This document shows, piece by piece, positions 44,069 to 57,954 of a stretch of 64,000 nucleotides of DNA. The stretch's first letter is position 1, and each line of letters starts with the position of its first letter. Origin of the DNA: Eledone cirrhosa (taxonomy: Eukaryota). The stretch covers positions 1-64,000 of the forward strand of contig CAXHJY010001290.1 in the NCBI GenBank assembly GCA_964016885.1, read 5' to 3'. The notes below the pieces were generated by a model. The model was not told the origin of the DNA. It worked only from the letters and a program-made list of their open reading frames with translations, and did no database searches. The position numbers and the translations under genes were made by a program.

Positions 44069-44268
<200 letters not shown>

Positions 44269-44286
44269 TATGTATATATGTATATA

Positions 44287-44363
<77 letters not shown>

Positions 44364-44711
44364 AATATTATAGCCCATCTATATTTATATCTCGTTTCCC
44401 CACACTCTTTGCTTCTTCTCCATAACCTCGTATCGTTGTTCAGTTCAGATGGATGTGATTGGAAAATGTCTTACTGTTGTTGTTGATTAGCCTGGAGTAA
44501 GTTCTGATTGAAAAACGAAGAAATGAGAGTCATTAAGGCGTCGCATGGAATGCTTCCGTATTTATTCCAGTTATCTGCCTTCTGGGTTCGATTTTCGTCG
44601 AGGTCAACTTTGCCTTTCAGCCTTTTATGTTCGATCACTGCTCCAGCACTGAGATCGATTCTTCTTCGTCTATCTTTATTTACCATCTTTCTCTGTCTCA
44701 CTTTCTCACTC

Positions 44712-44792
<81 letters not shown>

Positions 44793-44957
44793 TCTCTCTG
44801 GAGGAATTCAGATTTTGTTCCACCCAGACGTGGGATGGATCCAGTCAGGTTTAAATAACCAACACAATATGTCAAGAAAGTGCCCCTACGACTCCACCAA
44901 GAGTTAAGGGTTCAAATCTTGGTTAAGAAGTTATCTAATCAAAAGTGTATCAAGGTA

Positions 44958-45126
44958 GACATGTCTTGTGTGGTTAAGGAGTTCGCTTAGCAGCCATGTG
45001 ATATCGAGTTTCACCGTACTGTACCCCGGGGCAAGTGTCTTCTAGTATAGACTTGGCTTGACAAATATCTGATGGGTAGAATTTACTAGTCAGAAATATT
45101 AGCAGATCCTCCTAAATATACGGCGC

Positions 45127-45189
<63 letters not shown>

Positions 45190-45198
45190 TGTGTGTGT

Positions 45199-45243
<45 letters not shown>

Positions 45244-45280
45244 TGTGTCTGTGTGTGTGTGTCTGTGTGTGTGTGTGTGT

Positions 45281-45323
<43 letters not shown>

Positions 45324-45510
45324 TGTATGTTTGTGTTTACGTTCCATAACTTAACGATTCAACAGAATGAGATCGGAAGAATAAGTACCAGGCTTAAAAC
45401 CTAGTTGTATGGTTGATAAGATCGATTAAATTCCTTTAGAGTTGTGCCCCAGTATGGCCATAGTTGAATGACTGAAACCAGTAAAAAGACTAAAAGAATA
45501 AAAAAAGCTT
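44958..45510 (+). mobile_element. SINE family 2 copy with expanded internal (GT)n
   Basis: GTGTGGTTAAG..GGGCAAGTGTCTTCTA head; GTGCCCCAGTATGGCC..TGACTGAAACCAGTAAAA tail. Confidence 0.78.
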
Positions 45511-45516
45511 ATTTAT

Positions 45517-45570
<54 letters not shown>

Positions 45571-45674
45571 TCCTGAATAATTAGACAGAATTCGTTTATA
45601 ATTTTACTCTCCATAGGTATGTATTATGTATATAATATATGTGTGTCTTTATATACTGTAAATATTCTACAAAC

Positions 45675-45796
45675 CTCTCTACGCTCATGACCGTCAATGT
45701 GGTGACTGAACAAATTGCTGACACGTTCTGAAGATAATACACTCCCTTGCAGAGGAACTCTCCAAACTCCCAGGTGAAGGTGAAGAATGTTGCAAA
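45675..45796 (-). CDS. GPCR exon (ECL1 and TM3)
   Basis: ctttttcag acceptor, gtttgt donor; FATFFTFTWEFGEFLCKGVYYLQNVSAICSVTTLTVMSVE-R with WxFGxxLCK. Confidence 0.94.
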
Positions 45797-45946
45797 CTGA
45801 AAAAGAGAACACGACACAAATAGAACCAGCGAAGACGGACAGTTCGACATCTTATAAGGTTTAAGAAGGTGAACAAAGGTGAAATACAAAGACATGTAAT
45901 GGACAAAATATAAACGCAAAAAAAAAAAAATGTATAAAAATGTGTA

Positions 45947-46643
45947 CAGGGTGGTCCGAAAGTCTTGTCACCCCCTTGTCACATATTGTTTTAACTGTCA
46001 TTCGGTAGAGGGTCTGACGCCATGCTTTGCAGCAAAGAGTTACGGCCCTTTATGGTTTGAGTTTAAATCCCGCCGAGGTTGACTTTGCCTTTCATCCTTA
46101 CGGGGTCGATAAAATAAAGTACCAGTAATGTACTGAGTAATTGTTGGCCTTGTGCCAAAAGTAGAAACAATTATTTTTTGTGGATTGGCAGTATCGGTAG
46201 AGGGTGGGACGCCATGCTTTCCAGCATAGTTACGTCCCTTTACGATCTGAGTTCAAATCCCGCCGAGGTTGACTTTGCCTTTCATCCTTACGGGGTCGAT
46301 AAAATAAAGTACCAGTAATGCACTGGGTAATTGCTGGCCTTGTGCCTAAAGTAGAAACAATTATTTTTTGTTTTAATAATATATAATATCATCAATTATA
46401 ATATATAATAATGATAGTATAATTTTCTATTTCAGAGCTCGTACAGTTTGGAAGAGATGCTGCTTGCAAGTGTATGGACACATGATTGTGTGCATTCTAG
46501 CAAGAGCATGGAGTATGTGTGACATGACTTCACTGCAAGATTCGGCAAACCAGCTCCTCCAAAGAGGACGATACTGCGATGGGAACATAAACTGTTTCTC
46601 ATTACTTTTTGGTAGGGGGTGACAAGACTTTCGGACCACCCTG
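45947..46643. mobile_element. Non-autonomous Tc1/mariner element with two nested SINE family 1 copies (46002-46365)
   Basis: Perfect TIRs CAGGGTGGTCCGAAAGTCTTGTCACCCCC / GGGGGTGACAAGACTTTCGGACCACCCTG, TA on both sides. Confidence 0.92.
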
Positions 46644-47035
46644 TACAATGAAAATATTTACGTCGAATGAAATGAAAAAGAAAAAAATATGACATTTCGG
46701 ATTAAGCCTTGTATCAAAGTAGAGTCAAAGAAGAAAAGTAATTAGAATTAAAGTATCAAAACTTTACCCTGTTAAAAAAGCAAGTCGGTATCCATCAGAT
46801 TAATCTTGTAAAAAATGGTTATATATATATATCAAACATAAATAGAAATATTGGGTCATCAAGTATGAAATTTGTAGAAAATCTGTTTTTTTCCCCAAAT
46901 TTCTTCAAATTTTATACTTGACGACCCAATAAAAACATCTCGATTTCGTTATTCTGTAAAGAACTCAATGGAAGTAAGATGCAATAACCCCATATCAGAG
47001 TATACTTATGCAAGAATATTATAGAAAAACGATAT

Positions 47036-48610
47036 TTCATATATCATACTATATTTAACATATCACACTATACTTCACATACCACACTATGCCTGTTTGC
47101 CATACTATGTCTCACATACTGCACTATATTTGCTTACTATAAAATGTTTCATACACCATACTATGTCTGCTTGCTATACTATGTCTCCCAAATCACACAA
47201 TCTCTGCTTACTATACAATATCTCACATACCACACTATGCCTGTTTGCCATTCTATATCACACATATCACACATATCACACAATATCTGCTTGCTATACT
47301 ATGTCTGACATATCACACTCTACCTCACATATCACACAGTATCTGCTTGCTATACTATGTCCCACATGTCACACTATACTTCACATATCACACAGTATCT
47401 GCTTGCTAGACTATATCTCACATATTACACTATACCTCACATATCACACTATGACTGCTTACTAAACTATATCTCACATATCACACTATAACTGCTTGCT
47501 ATATTATATCTCACATATCCCACTATGTCTGCTTACTAAACTATATCTCACATATCACACTATGACTGCTTGCTATACTATATCTCACATATCACATTAT
47601 GTCTGCTTACTAAACTATATCACACATATCACACTATCACTGCTTGCTATACTATGTCTCACATATTACACTATACCTCACATATCCCACTATGTCTGCT
47701 TACTAAACTATATCTCACATATCACACTATCACTGCTTGCTATACTATATCTCACATATTACACTATACCTCACATATCCCACTATGTCTGCTTACTAAA
47801 CTATATCTCACATATCACACTATGACTGCTTGCTATACTATATCTCACATATCCCACTATCACTGCTTGCTATATTATATCTCACATATTACACTATACC
47901 TCACATATCCCACTATGTCTGCTTACTAAACTATATCTCACATATCCCACTATGTCTGCTTACTAAACTATATCTCACATATTACACTATACCTCACATA
48001 TCCCACTATGTCTGCTTACTAAACTATCACTGCTTGCTATACTATATCTCACATATCCCACTATATCTCACATATTACACTATCACTGCTTGCTATACTA
48101 TATCTCAAATATTACACTATATATCACATATCACACTATGTCTGCTTACTAAACTATATCTCACATATCACACTATCACTGCTTGCTATACTATATCTCA
48201 CATATCCCACTATGTCTGCTTACTAAACTATATCTCACATATTACACTATGATTGCTTGCTATACTATATCTCACATATTACACTATACCTCACATATCC
48301 CACTAAGTCTGCTTACTAAACTATATCTCACATATCACACTATGACTGCTTGCTATACTATATCTCACATATTACACTATATCTCACATATCACACTATG
48401 TCTGCTTACTAAACTATATCTCACATATCACACTATGACTGCTTGCTATATTATATCTCACATATTACACTATACCTCACATACCCCACTATGACTGCTT
48501 ACTAAACTATATCTCACATATCACACTATGACTGCTTGCTATATTATATCTCACATATTACACTATATCTCACATATCCCACTATGTCTGCTTGCCATTG
48601 TATATCACAA
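47036..48610. repeat. Modular minisatellite built from TATCTCACATATCACAC and TATGTCTGCTTACTAAAC-type blocks
   Basis: Directly visible; more homogeneous in the centre and right, decayed on the left. Confidence 0.93.
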
Positions 48611-49077
48611 GTCTACTACCAGCAGTTAATTAATTTTATACGATAGTGGGAATTAATTCCTATATACTTAAACGCCCTTTAACCTATTCATCGACAGCTA
48701 CTTTGTTTGCTTCTGGGCCAGTTTCAATAACTGATCTCACGTTGACCTTCTAAAGTATTAAACATTCTGTTAGTGATAGCTATCTATAGAACTCTTCACT
48801 TCACTTACTACTGAATTTATATGTTATGCTTTATAACTGACAATTCCAGAATAGACGAGCAACTTAATCTAAGTTTCTCATTTATTATGAATATATTAAT
48901 ATAATGAATATATTAATATAATAAATGACTGATAAGTTTAAGAAAGTCCGTACAATGCAGTAAAAATATATATTGGGAAAAGGATAACAAATAAAACAAA
49001 ATAAAGCAATGTTTTTACCCAGTATATTTCAATATATCTTTGCAAATGTAAAAAACGAGAACAGTGCAAAGCAAAAG

Positions 49078-49242
<165 letters not shown>

Positions 49243-49545
49243 AGGTGGGTGAAAGTGGCGAGAATGGCCCGAGTGAATGGGCCTTCTCTCTATATCAGCC
49301 TGTAGGTTGAGGAAAAGGAGGAGGAGAAGAAAGGAGTACAAACTCTTCGTACTCCTGGAGATGAGGGTTACACATTTTTTCGGGGGTATGTGTTACCCAT
49401 ATAAACTGTCTCCCCCTATTGGGGAAAATCGACTAACTTTTTAAATTGCATTTGTGATAACATTTTACACGTTTTTATTGTATGTAAACCCCCCTTTGTA
49501 TTTGTCCCCTTCTTTTGTGCCCCTGTGGCTAATAAAGAAACATAT
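49243..49545 (+). mobile_element. L1/Tx1-like LINE 3' end inserted in (TCTA)n
   Basis: ORF end [47 protein letters not shown] terminus, TCTA repeats on both sides. Confidence 0.75.
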
Positions 49546-50671
49546 CTATCTATCTATCTCTATATATGAGTGTATGTGTGTGTGCATATATAAGTATGTG
49601 TGGGTGGGTGCATGATGTATGAGTGTGTATGCGTGTCTACGTGTTTATGTGTGTGTGTGCGTGCGTGTGTATGTATCTATACGTATGTGTGTGTTTACAT
49701 TTACTGATTGTTTATGTCCCGTAATGTAACAGTTGTAAAATAAGAGCCAGACTTAAAACATAAGAATTGCGTTCGAGATGACCGACTAAATGTTTTCAAC
49801 ATATTGCCCCAGTAGGGCTGCAGTCTAATGACTGAAATAAGTAAAAGAATAAAAAAATAAAAAATAAAAAAATTATTTTGTCTAACCGATGTTATTTTAT
49901 TTAATGGATTATGGCAATTTTTGCTTCAATTAAAATTTCTATATTAATATTTAATAATTGTTTCTACTTTTGGCACAAGGCCAGCAATTACCCAGTACAT
50001 TACTGGTACTTTATTTTATCGACCCCGTAAGGATGAAAGGCAAAGTTAATCCATATACAATTATAAATATTTTGTATTTCCCAATTACCAGTAAGAAAAT
50101 TAGCTCAATGTAAAATATCAGATATATTACAGAGCAGAAATACAACGTACAAAACAATCAATTTTTTGTTTAATGCATTTGTCTGGAAGAAACGATCGTC
50201 AGCAATTAAATGCATTAAACAAAAGTTTGATTGTTTTCTATGTTGTATATTAATATTTAGGTAAAGCAAAATAAGAAATAGGAAATACTAAACGATATTA
50301 CTTTCTAAATTATTTATAATACAACAACATTAACAAGTGTGAAAAGGGAATCATTCGCTAACCAGACTCTCAGGAGTATCATTTTATATTAATACATGAC
50401 AAACGAATTATAATTTTAACAAGTTAACACCTGTGTTTCTCTTCGACTTGTTTTGATTTGTTTGTTTGGTTTCAAGTTATCAGTGATGGTAATGAAGTGA
50501 TGCAGAATAGTTCGGGGTCAAAGGTGTTGGAAAGCACTTAGTTTACCATTCCTACACACACCACTGAAATCTCTTTAGGGACCCTTATGTGTCCACTTCT
50601 TTTGAATCGTTAAAATACCAATGACGCTACAGTTCACTAATTGGAATGTAATATACGATTTACGATATAAT

Positions 50672-51070
50672 GTTTTCTGATTTCGGCGTGAGGTCAACAA
50701 TTTTTGAAACAGGAAGGGGAAAAGTCGAATAAATCGACCCCAGTTCGTTACTGGTCCTTTATTTTATCGACTTCGTAAGGGTGAAAAGCAAAGCTAACCT
50801 CGGTGGGATTTTAACTTAGAAGATAAAGGGCCGTAACTCTATGCCACGAAGCATGTTGTATGATGCTCTACCGATACTGCCAATCCACCTTCTATCGGTA
50901 GAGAGTCTGACACCATGTGTTAAGCAAAGAGTTACGGTCCTTTATGGTCTGAGTTCAAATCCCGCCGAGGTTACCTTTGCCTTTCATCCTTACGGGGTCG
51001 ATAAACTAAGGTACCAGTAATACACTGGGATAATTGCTGGCCTTGTGCCAAACGTAGAAACAATTATTTA
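50672..51070. mobile_element. Head-to-head pair of SINE family 1 copies
   Basis: Minus copy ~50672-50890, plus copy ~50893-51070. Confidence 0.85.
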
Positions 51071-51276
51071 TTTATTATATTATTAAACTCGTCCAAGCGC
51101 CTGATGGCTAGGCCACAAATTTGATCGGTCTTACAATCTGGGGAGATGGTCATAATTGAACCTTGAAACCTTAGATAGCGTTTTTGTTCCGTGTATGAAC
51201 ATAAATTATATATATATAAATACATACACACACACACACACACCACACACACACACACACAGACATATATATATAT

Positions 51277-51503
51277 ATCGTTTCTGAATTTGTTTAGTAA
51301 GATTCTTTATCTGAAAACGTGTGTTGAAACCGATATTGTTATACTTTGGGAGAGTCATGTTGCTAATAAGAAACACACGCACCAGTTGCTTTCACTCCAA
51401 TTTATTATAAATTAAATTAATAAATTTAATTTATAATAAATTGGAGTGAAAGCAACTGGTGCTTGTGTCTCTTATTGGCAACATGGCCCTCCCAAAGTAT
51501 AAC
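51277..51503. mobile_element. Family A copy with left terminus and fold-back (51338-51503)
   Basis: TCGTTTCTGAATTTGTTTAG start; inverted arms ~80 bp. Confidence 0.85.
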
Positions 51504-51520
51504 TATATATATATATATAT

Positions 51521-51689
51521 AACGAAAGAAATGTGGTAAGGAACCAGGTGGACCATAACGCACCAAAGTACTCAATACTTAGGGTAGTAGAGTGGGTAAT
51601 AGGAACGAATAGGACCCCGACGGCTGAGCTCAAGCCGTTTCGACGGCTAATTCAGGACTCAGAGCTCAGCCGTCGGGGTCCTATTCGTT

Positions 51690-51693
<4 letters not shown>
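51521..51693 (-). mobile_element. Family B copy with inverted arm
   Basis: Family sequence; arm ends GTTCCTAT(AT)n. Confidence 0.87.
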
Positions 51694-51780
<87 letters not shown>

Positions 51781-52112
51781 AATGATGAATCGAACCATAA
51801 CAAATATGTTTAGACTTTTGTGTTTCTCAATAAGTAAGTTCAATAGACTTTATCTAGAGCCATAATAACCAAATTAAAAGATATATGTTTATATAGAGAG
51901 AGAAAGAGCCATATATCGTAAAAAACACACGGTATATTGTATATATATATATATCAAATACATATTCTATAGTATAATATGGACACAGGGGAAGCGTAAA
52001 TGAAACCTTATAGCGCTATTTCATACCTGGAAACTGTGGCTTAAAATCAATCTATGATATATGGTTCTTTCTCTCTATATATAAATATATAAACATATAT
52101 CTTTTATTTTGG

Positions 52113-52156
<44 letters not shown>

Positions 52157-52167
52157 TTAATATAGAT

Positions 52168-52220
52168 GAGATTCTACAGGACTAGAACTGTTTCATTCTT
52201 TAGAAATCATCAGGAATCTC
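52168..52220 (-). ncRNA. Type I hammerhead fold, family E (minus copy)
   Basis: GAGATTC-CTGATGA-TTTCTAAAGAAT-GAAA-CAG..CTG-TA-GAATCTC. Confidence 0.7.
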
Positions 52221-52225
52221 CTGAA

Positions 52226-52274
52226 GATTCCTGATGATTTCTAAAGAATGAAACAGTTCTAGTCCTGTAGAATC
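52226..52274 (+). ncRNA. Type I hammerhead fold, family E (plus copy)
   Basis: GATTC-CTGATGA-TTTCTAAAGAAT-GAAA-CAGTTCTAGTCCTG-TA-GAATC; GUA triplet. Confidence 0.7.
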
Positions 52275-52360
52275 TCATCTATATTAAAACTTTTATACTC
52301 TGCAATGTATTGAGTACCTTACTTACTGTGGTTACCTCCGATTCAACCCGGAATAACGTA

Positions 52361-52396
<36 letters not shown>

Positions 52397-52645
52397 AACA
52401 AAAGATGGTTAAAAGAGTTCCATGTATTTTATTATGCGCATTTCAAAAACAAATATCATCATGCAATAATATTTGTGTTTTCATCAGATAAAACAGGAAG
52501 ACATGATATGAAGGTTAAAAAACACTTGTGGATAGTGCAGTTTTAAATCAACATATATTATGTATACTCCAGTCCTACAAACTGTAGAGTGCTTCTTATC
52601 CGATATCTGCATTGCTTTATTGTACTACAATAAAACTCACCTCCT

Positions 52646-52726
<81 letters not shown>

Positions 52727-52756
52727 TATATATATATATAGATGCATATATATGCA

Positions 52757-52805
<49 letters not shown>

Positions 52806-53019
52806 ATATGCATATATATATATATGCACAGCCACACATACATATATATATAAGTGTGTGTATGTTGAGAATAATTATCAAGGACATAGGATCGCACTTA
52901 GTGACCGGTATCGACATCTTGGTTGAAGCTAAGATGCTAAGATATTTTATCTCATTAGAAAACAGAACAACCTAAATCATACATTCCTTTTACTATATAT
53001 ATCTATCTATATATCTATA

Positions 53020-53111
<92 letters not shown>

Positions 53112-53145
53112 CTATATATATCTATATATATCTATATATCTATAC

Positions 53146-53217
<72 letters not shown>

Positions 53218-53246
53218 CTCTCTCTCACCCTCTCTCTCTCTCTCTC

Positions 53247-53302
<56 letters not shown>

Positions 53303-53376
53303 CATATATATGAATATATATATATATATATGTACATATATATATATATGTATATATATACATATATATCTATATA

Positions 53377-53447
<71 letters not shown>

Positions 53448-54143
53448 GTATTTATTTATATATATATATATATGTATATATAATGTATTTTGCAATACCA
53501 ATTCTAATTTTTTTATATATATATATTTGTATATATATGCACACACACGTATATATGTATCTATATATTTATTTATATATATATGTATATATTTGTATAT
53601 ATATATGCACACACACGTATATATGTATATATATATTTCATATTTTCGTGGTTTTTTTTAAAAAACTTATTATAGAATGTACTAGAAAAGCCGGCTTTCT
53701 TTTATTTATACGGACAATGTACGATCTTCTGTTTAACTGAATTAATTTGAACTACCATTAATTATCCTTTGGTAGTTATTCATCTTATTAGATTTTGTCT
53801 GGCAACGTGAATGAATAACAACCAGCTTTAAAAGCAGAACGAACAATACGTTGTCTTTGGAGTGTATTTGTCTTGTCCCTAGCCTGATAAAATGCATTGA
53901 AAGATTCGGTCAGAGAGCATGCAACGAACTGTGAATATTACGTACAGAATGTTGCAGTTATATATAATATATATTACAGTATATTATAGAAATAACATTG
54001 AGGATTAAATAAAGGATAGAAAGATGTAGATTGTGTAATTTCTCATTCTCATTCTTGGTAATTGTTGTTCGTTGAATTATTACACCATACAGATTCTTAT
54101 TTGATTGTAGTAATCCCCCTCGTCCTGTCCCCCTCCATCTCTC

Positions 54144-54410
<267 letters not shown>

Positions 54411-54712
54411 ATATATATATAGATATATATATAGATATATAAATAAATATACACGGGTGTGTATGATTGTGTATAGAAGATTATATTGGTAAAAGGAATT
54501 CCAATTTTGTCTGATTTACTCGTTTTATTTACAATTCTTTAAAATTTATAATGGTATTAGAATGAAATAGTATGGTAGAATATTAAATGTTAAGTGTTAA
54601 TTGAACAAGTACTTTCATGCTTTGGCAATCTTCAGGTTCATATTCTGTGGTGACAGTCAAGTTTGCAATCTTCAACTGTCATATATATATTTATATATCT
54701 ATCTATTTATCC

Positions 54713-55002
<290 letters not shown>

Positions 55003-55101
55003 TATACATATATTTTTGGCTAGGTACTACTACTAAGTTAGACATGGCCTGGGCCAATACTGTCCGAAACCTATCAAAGTTATCAAAGTTATATATATAT
55101 A

Positions 55102-55190
<89 letters not shown>

Positions 55191-55194
<4 letters not shown>

Positions 55195-55504
55195 AACCAG
55201 TAAGATCCCATGAAAATTTATCCTGGTATTTAAATAGCCGATCTTCTCAAGGGGTAATTCCATATATGGTCAAAGTGATTGTCAAAAATCAGTAGTAATT
55301 CTGTGATTGCAAATTAGTAGGGGGGATGGTGGCTAAACCTGCCAGTAGGAGAAAGAGGGGAGGGGGTGGAGTAGCCCCAATCAAGCGTTTGTAGTGCCAG
55401 CTACAGCTGGGGTCTTACTGGTTCCTATTACCCACTCTACTACCTCAAGTATTGAGTACTTTGGTGCGTTATGGTCCACCTGGTTCCTTACCACATTTCC
55501 TTCG

Positions 55505-55506
<2 letters not shown>
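55191..55506. mobile_element. Family B copy retaining the hammerhead 5' half on the minus strand
   Basis: Minus 55255-55235 reads ACCCC-TTGAGAA-GATCGGCTA; plus arm 55409-55506. Confidence 0.75.
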
Positions 55507-55550
<44 letters not shown>

Positions 55551-55556
<6 letters not shown>

Positions 55557-55751
55557 CCTGCTGCTATCCAAGATCTCGGCTGAGCCCACAGCACGGTACG
55601 AAGTTAACCCAAGGGCAGCAGCAACGAACTCCCTCTTATACCAATGGCCAGCCAACACAGGCTGGAGGTAGAATGTGCAGCAACAAGGGCGGTGCCCCAG
55701 CATGGCCTTAGCCGGATGGCTAGAATAGGTAAAAGAGTAAAAGAGTAAAAG

Positions 55752-55753
<2 letters not shown>
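55551..55753 (+). mobile_element. Probable LINE 3' end sharing its tail with SINE family 2
   Basis: GGCGGTGCCCCAGCATGGCC...GTAAAAGAGTAAAAGA. Confidence 0.55.
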
Positions 55754-55841
<88 letters not shown>

Positions 55842-55879
55842 TTGCGAGGTTTTTTATATGAAATCGTGTGTCGAAACAG

Positions 55880-56523
55880 ATATTGTTATATTTGGGGAGG
55901 GTCATATTTGCGTAATATTGCCAGAATTAATAACAGAACACACTCACTGTTTGGTTGGTTTTCGCTTCTCGCTGTCTTTTATATATATATATCTGCGATC
56001 TAACTTACTCGGTCCTCAATGTTGCCATTGACTGACCGGCGGTCAAAAATAATACAGATACAATATAGACAAACACATATATATATAGTTTACATAATTT
56101 ACATAAATCTTTCGTTGACATCTGCAACATCGTCAGTGGTGTTATATTCATTGTTCCTCCTGTTGTGTTGTATGTCTACGCCATTTTTTTTTTTTGTTCA
56201 GTCTGAACAAAAAAAAAATGGCGTAGACATACAACACAACAGGAGGAACAATGAATATAACACCACTGACGATGTTGCAGATGTGCAACGAAAGATTTAT
56301 GTAAATTATGTAAACTATATATATATGTGTTTGTCTATATTGTATCTGTATTATTTTTGACCGCCGGTCAGTCAATGGCAACATTGAGGACCGAGTAAGT
56401 TAGATCGCAGATATATATATATAAAAGACAGCGAGAAGCGAAAACCAACCAAACAGTGAGTGTGTTCTGTTATTAATTCTGGCAATATTACGCAAATATG
56501 ACCCTCCCCAAATATAACAATAT
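55880..56523. repeat. ~640 bp near-perfect palindrome of a diverged family A relative
   Basis: Arms mirror about 56202 (GTTCAG-T-CTGAAC); the same ORF start appears on both strands. Confidence 0.95.
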
Positions 56524-56542
56524 ATATATATATATATATATA

Positions 56543-56723
56543 TAACAAAGGAATTGTGGTAAGGAACCAGATGGACCATAACGCACCAGAGTACTCAATA
56601 CTTAGGGTAGTAGAGTGGGAAATAGGAAAAAGTATGACCCCGACGACAGAGCTCAAGCCGTTTCGACGGCTAAGCCGTCGAAACAGCTTGAGCTCTGCCG
56701 TCGGGGGTCATACTTTTTCCTAT
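56543..56723 (-). mobile_element. Diverged family B copy with 100 bp fold-back
   Basis: 56622-56723 is palindromic. Confidence 0.85.
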
Positions 56724-56826
56724 ATATATATAATGAAAAATTGAACAAGGACAGAACAGAGAGGCAGTACGATAAATGTTTATTAAATTCACGCTCAGGA
56801 GAGTGGGGGGGGGGGTTAGGTGGAGG

Positions 56827-56859
56827 ACGACGTTTCGGGCATAAGCCCTTCTTCAGGTG
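56827..56859 (-). ncRNA. Penelope-type minimal hammerhead motif
   Basis: CTGAAGA-A-GGGC-TTAT-GCCC-GAAA-CG-TC; stem I weak; downstream AATAAA. Confidence 0.6.
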
Positions 56860-57124
56860 AGAGTTCAAAAGGTGTGTAGGGGAGTGGTGGAGAGACATAT
56901 AGCGAAAGGAAACGGTGCGAATGAAAAATTAACAAATAAAGACAAAAATATAATAAATAATAAATAAAAATAAAGCATGATCAAAATAAACTGAAATTAA
57001 AAGGGGGGTAAACAGGTGGTGGAAGGGTGTGGGGGGAGTAGAGGTGGTGGCGGGTGGAGTGGGGAGAGGGAGACGGGGTGTCCGAGCGGGGAGGGCTGAA
57101 GGTGGTGTGTGTGGTTAGGTGTGC

Positions 57125-57161
<37 letters not shown>

Positions 57162-57559
57162 AGTATTGAAGTTTCCGTTGAAAATTGAAAAAGGCATTGC
57201 TTTCTTGAGCTTGAGGAGATTTTTCAAATATTTCACTATGTTTTAAATTGCCTTGTCCGATGAACGAATGAGGACGTGTTTCGTATTCGTCTTATTCGGG
57301 AAACCTCTGGTAATGAGGTAATTATATTGTATTGTTTATTATACATTAAATTATATATATATATATATAGTATTAAGTATACTATTTATGGTTATGCAAA
57401 TACAAAAACTTTTTATATATTACTAGTAATATATTACTACCTTATTACCAGTAAGTTAAATAGCTCAATGTAATAACATCAGATGATTTACAGAGCAGTT
57501 ATATATAAGTTATAAGAATCAAAGAACTGTTCAAAACATTTTTATGCTTACAACTGTTT

Positions 57560-57884
57560 CCTCCAAACCGAGGTTTGGAGGAAATATATATATATATAAA
57601 GGGTAAAGACCCCCTTCAGGCACACATGACCATGGGATTTGCACCTAGAAAGTTCTTTTCGGAAACACAACCCCGAGGAAAGTGTTTTTGTAGAAGACCA
57701 CCAGTCACCCTTGCATACCATGCTACCCTCTCCATGCCACCAATGTTGTCCAAGGGAAAAGCAAAGGCCGATACAGTTGGCACCAGAGACATCGCAACTC
57801 ATTTCTACTGCTGAGTGAACTGGAGCAACGTGAAATAAAGTATCTTGCTTAAGGGCACAATGCATCGCTCGGTTGCCACGTGCC

Positions 57885-57890
<6 letters not shown>
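57560..57890 (-). mobile_element. SINE family 2-related copy
   Basis: GAGTGAACTGGAGCAACGTGAAATAAAGTATCTTGCTTAAGGGCACAA matches 35600-35640. Confidence 0.75.
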
Positions 57891-57954
<64 letters not shown>

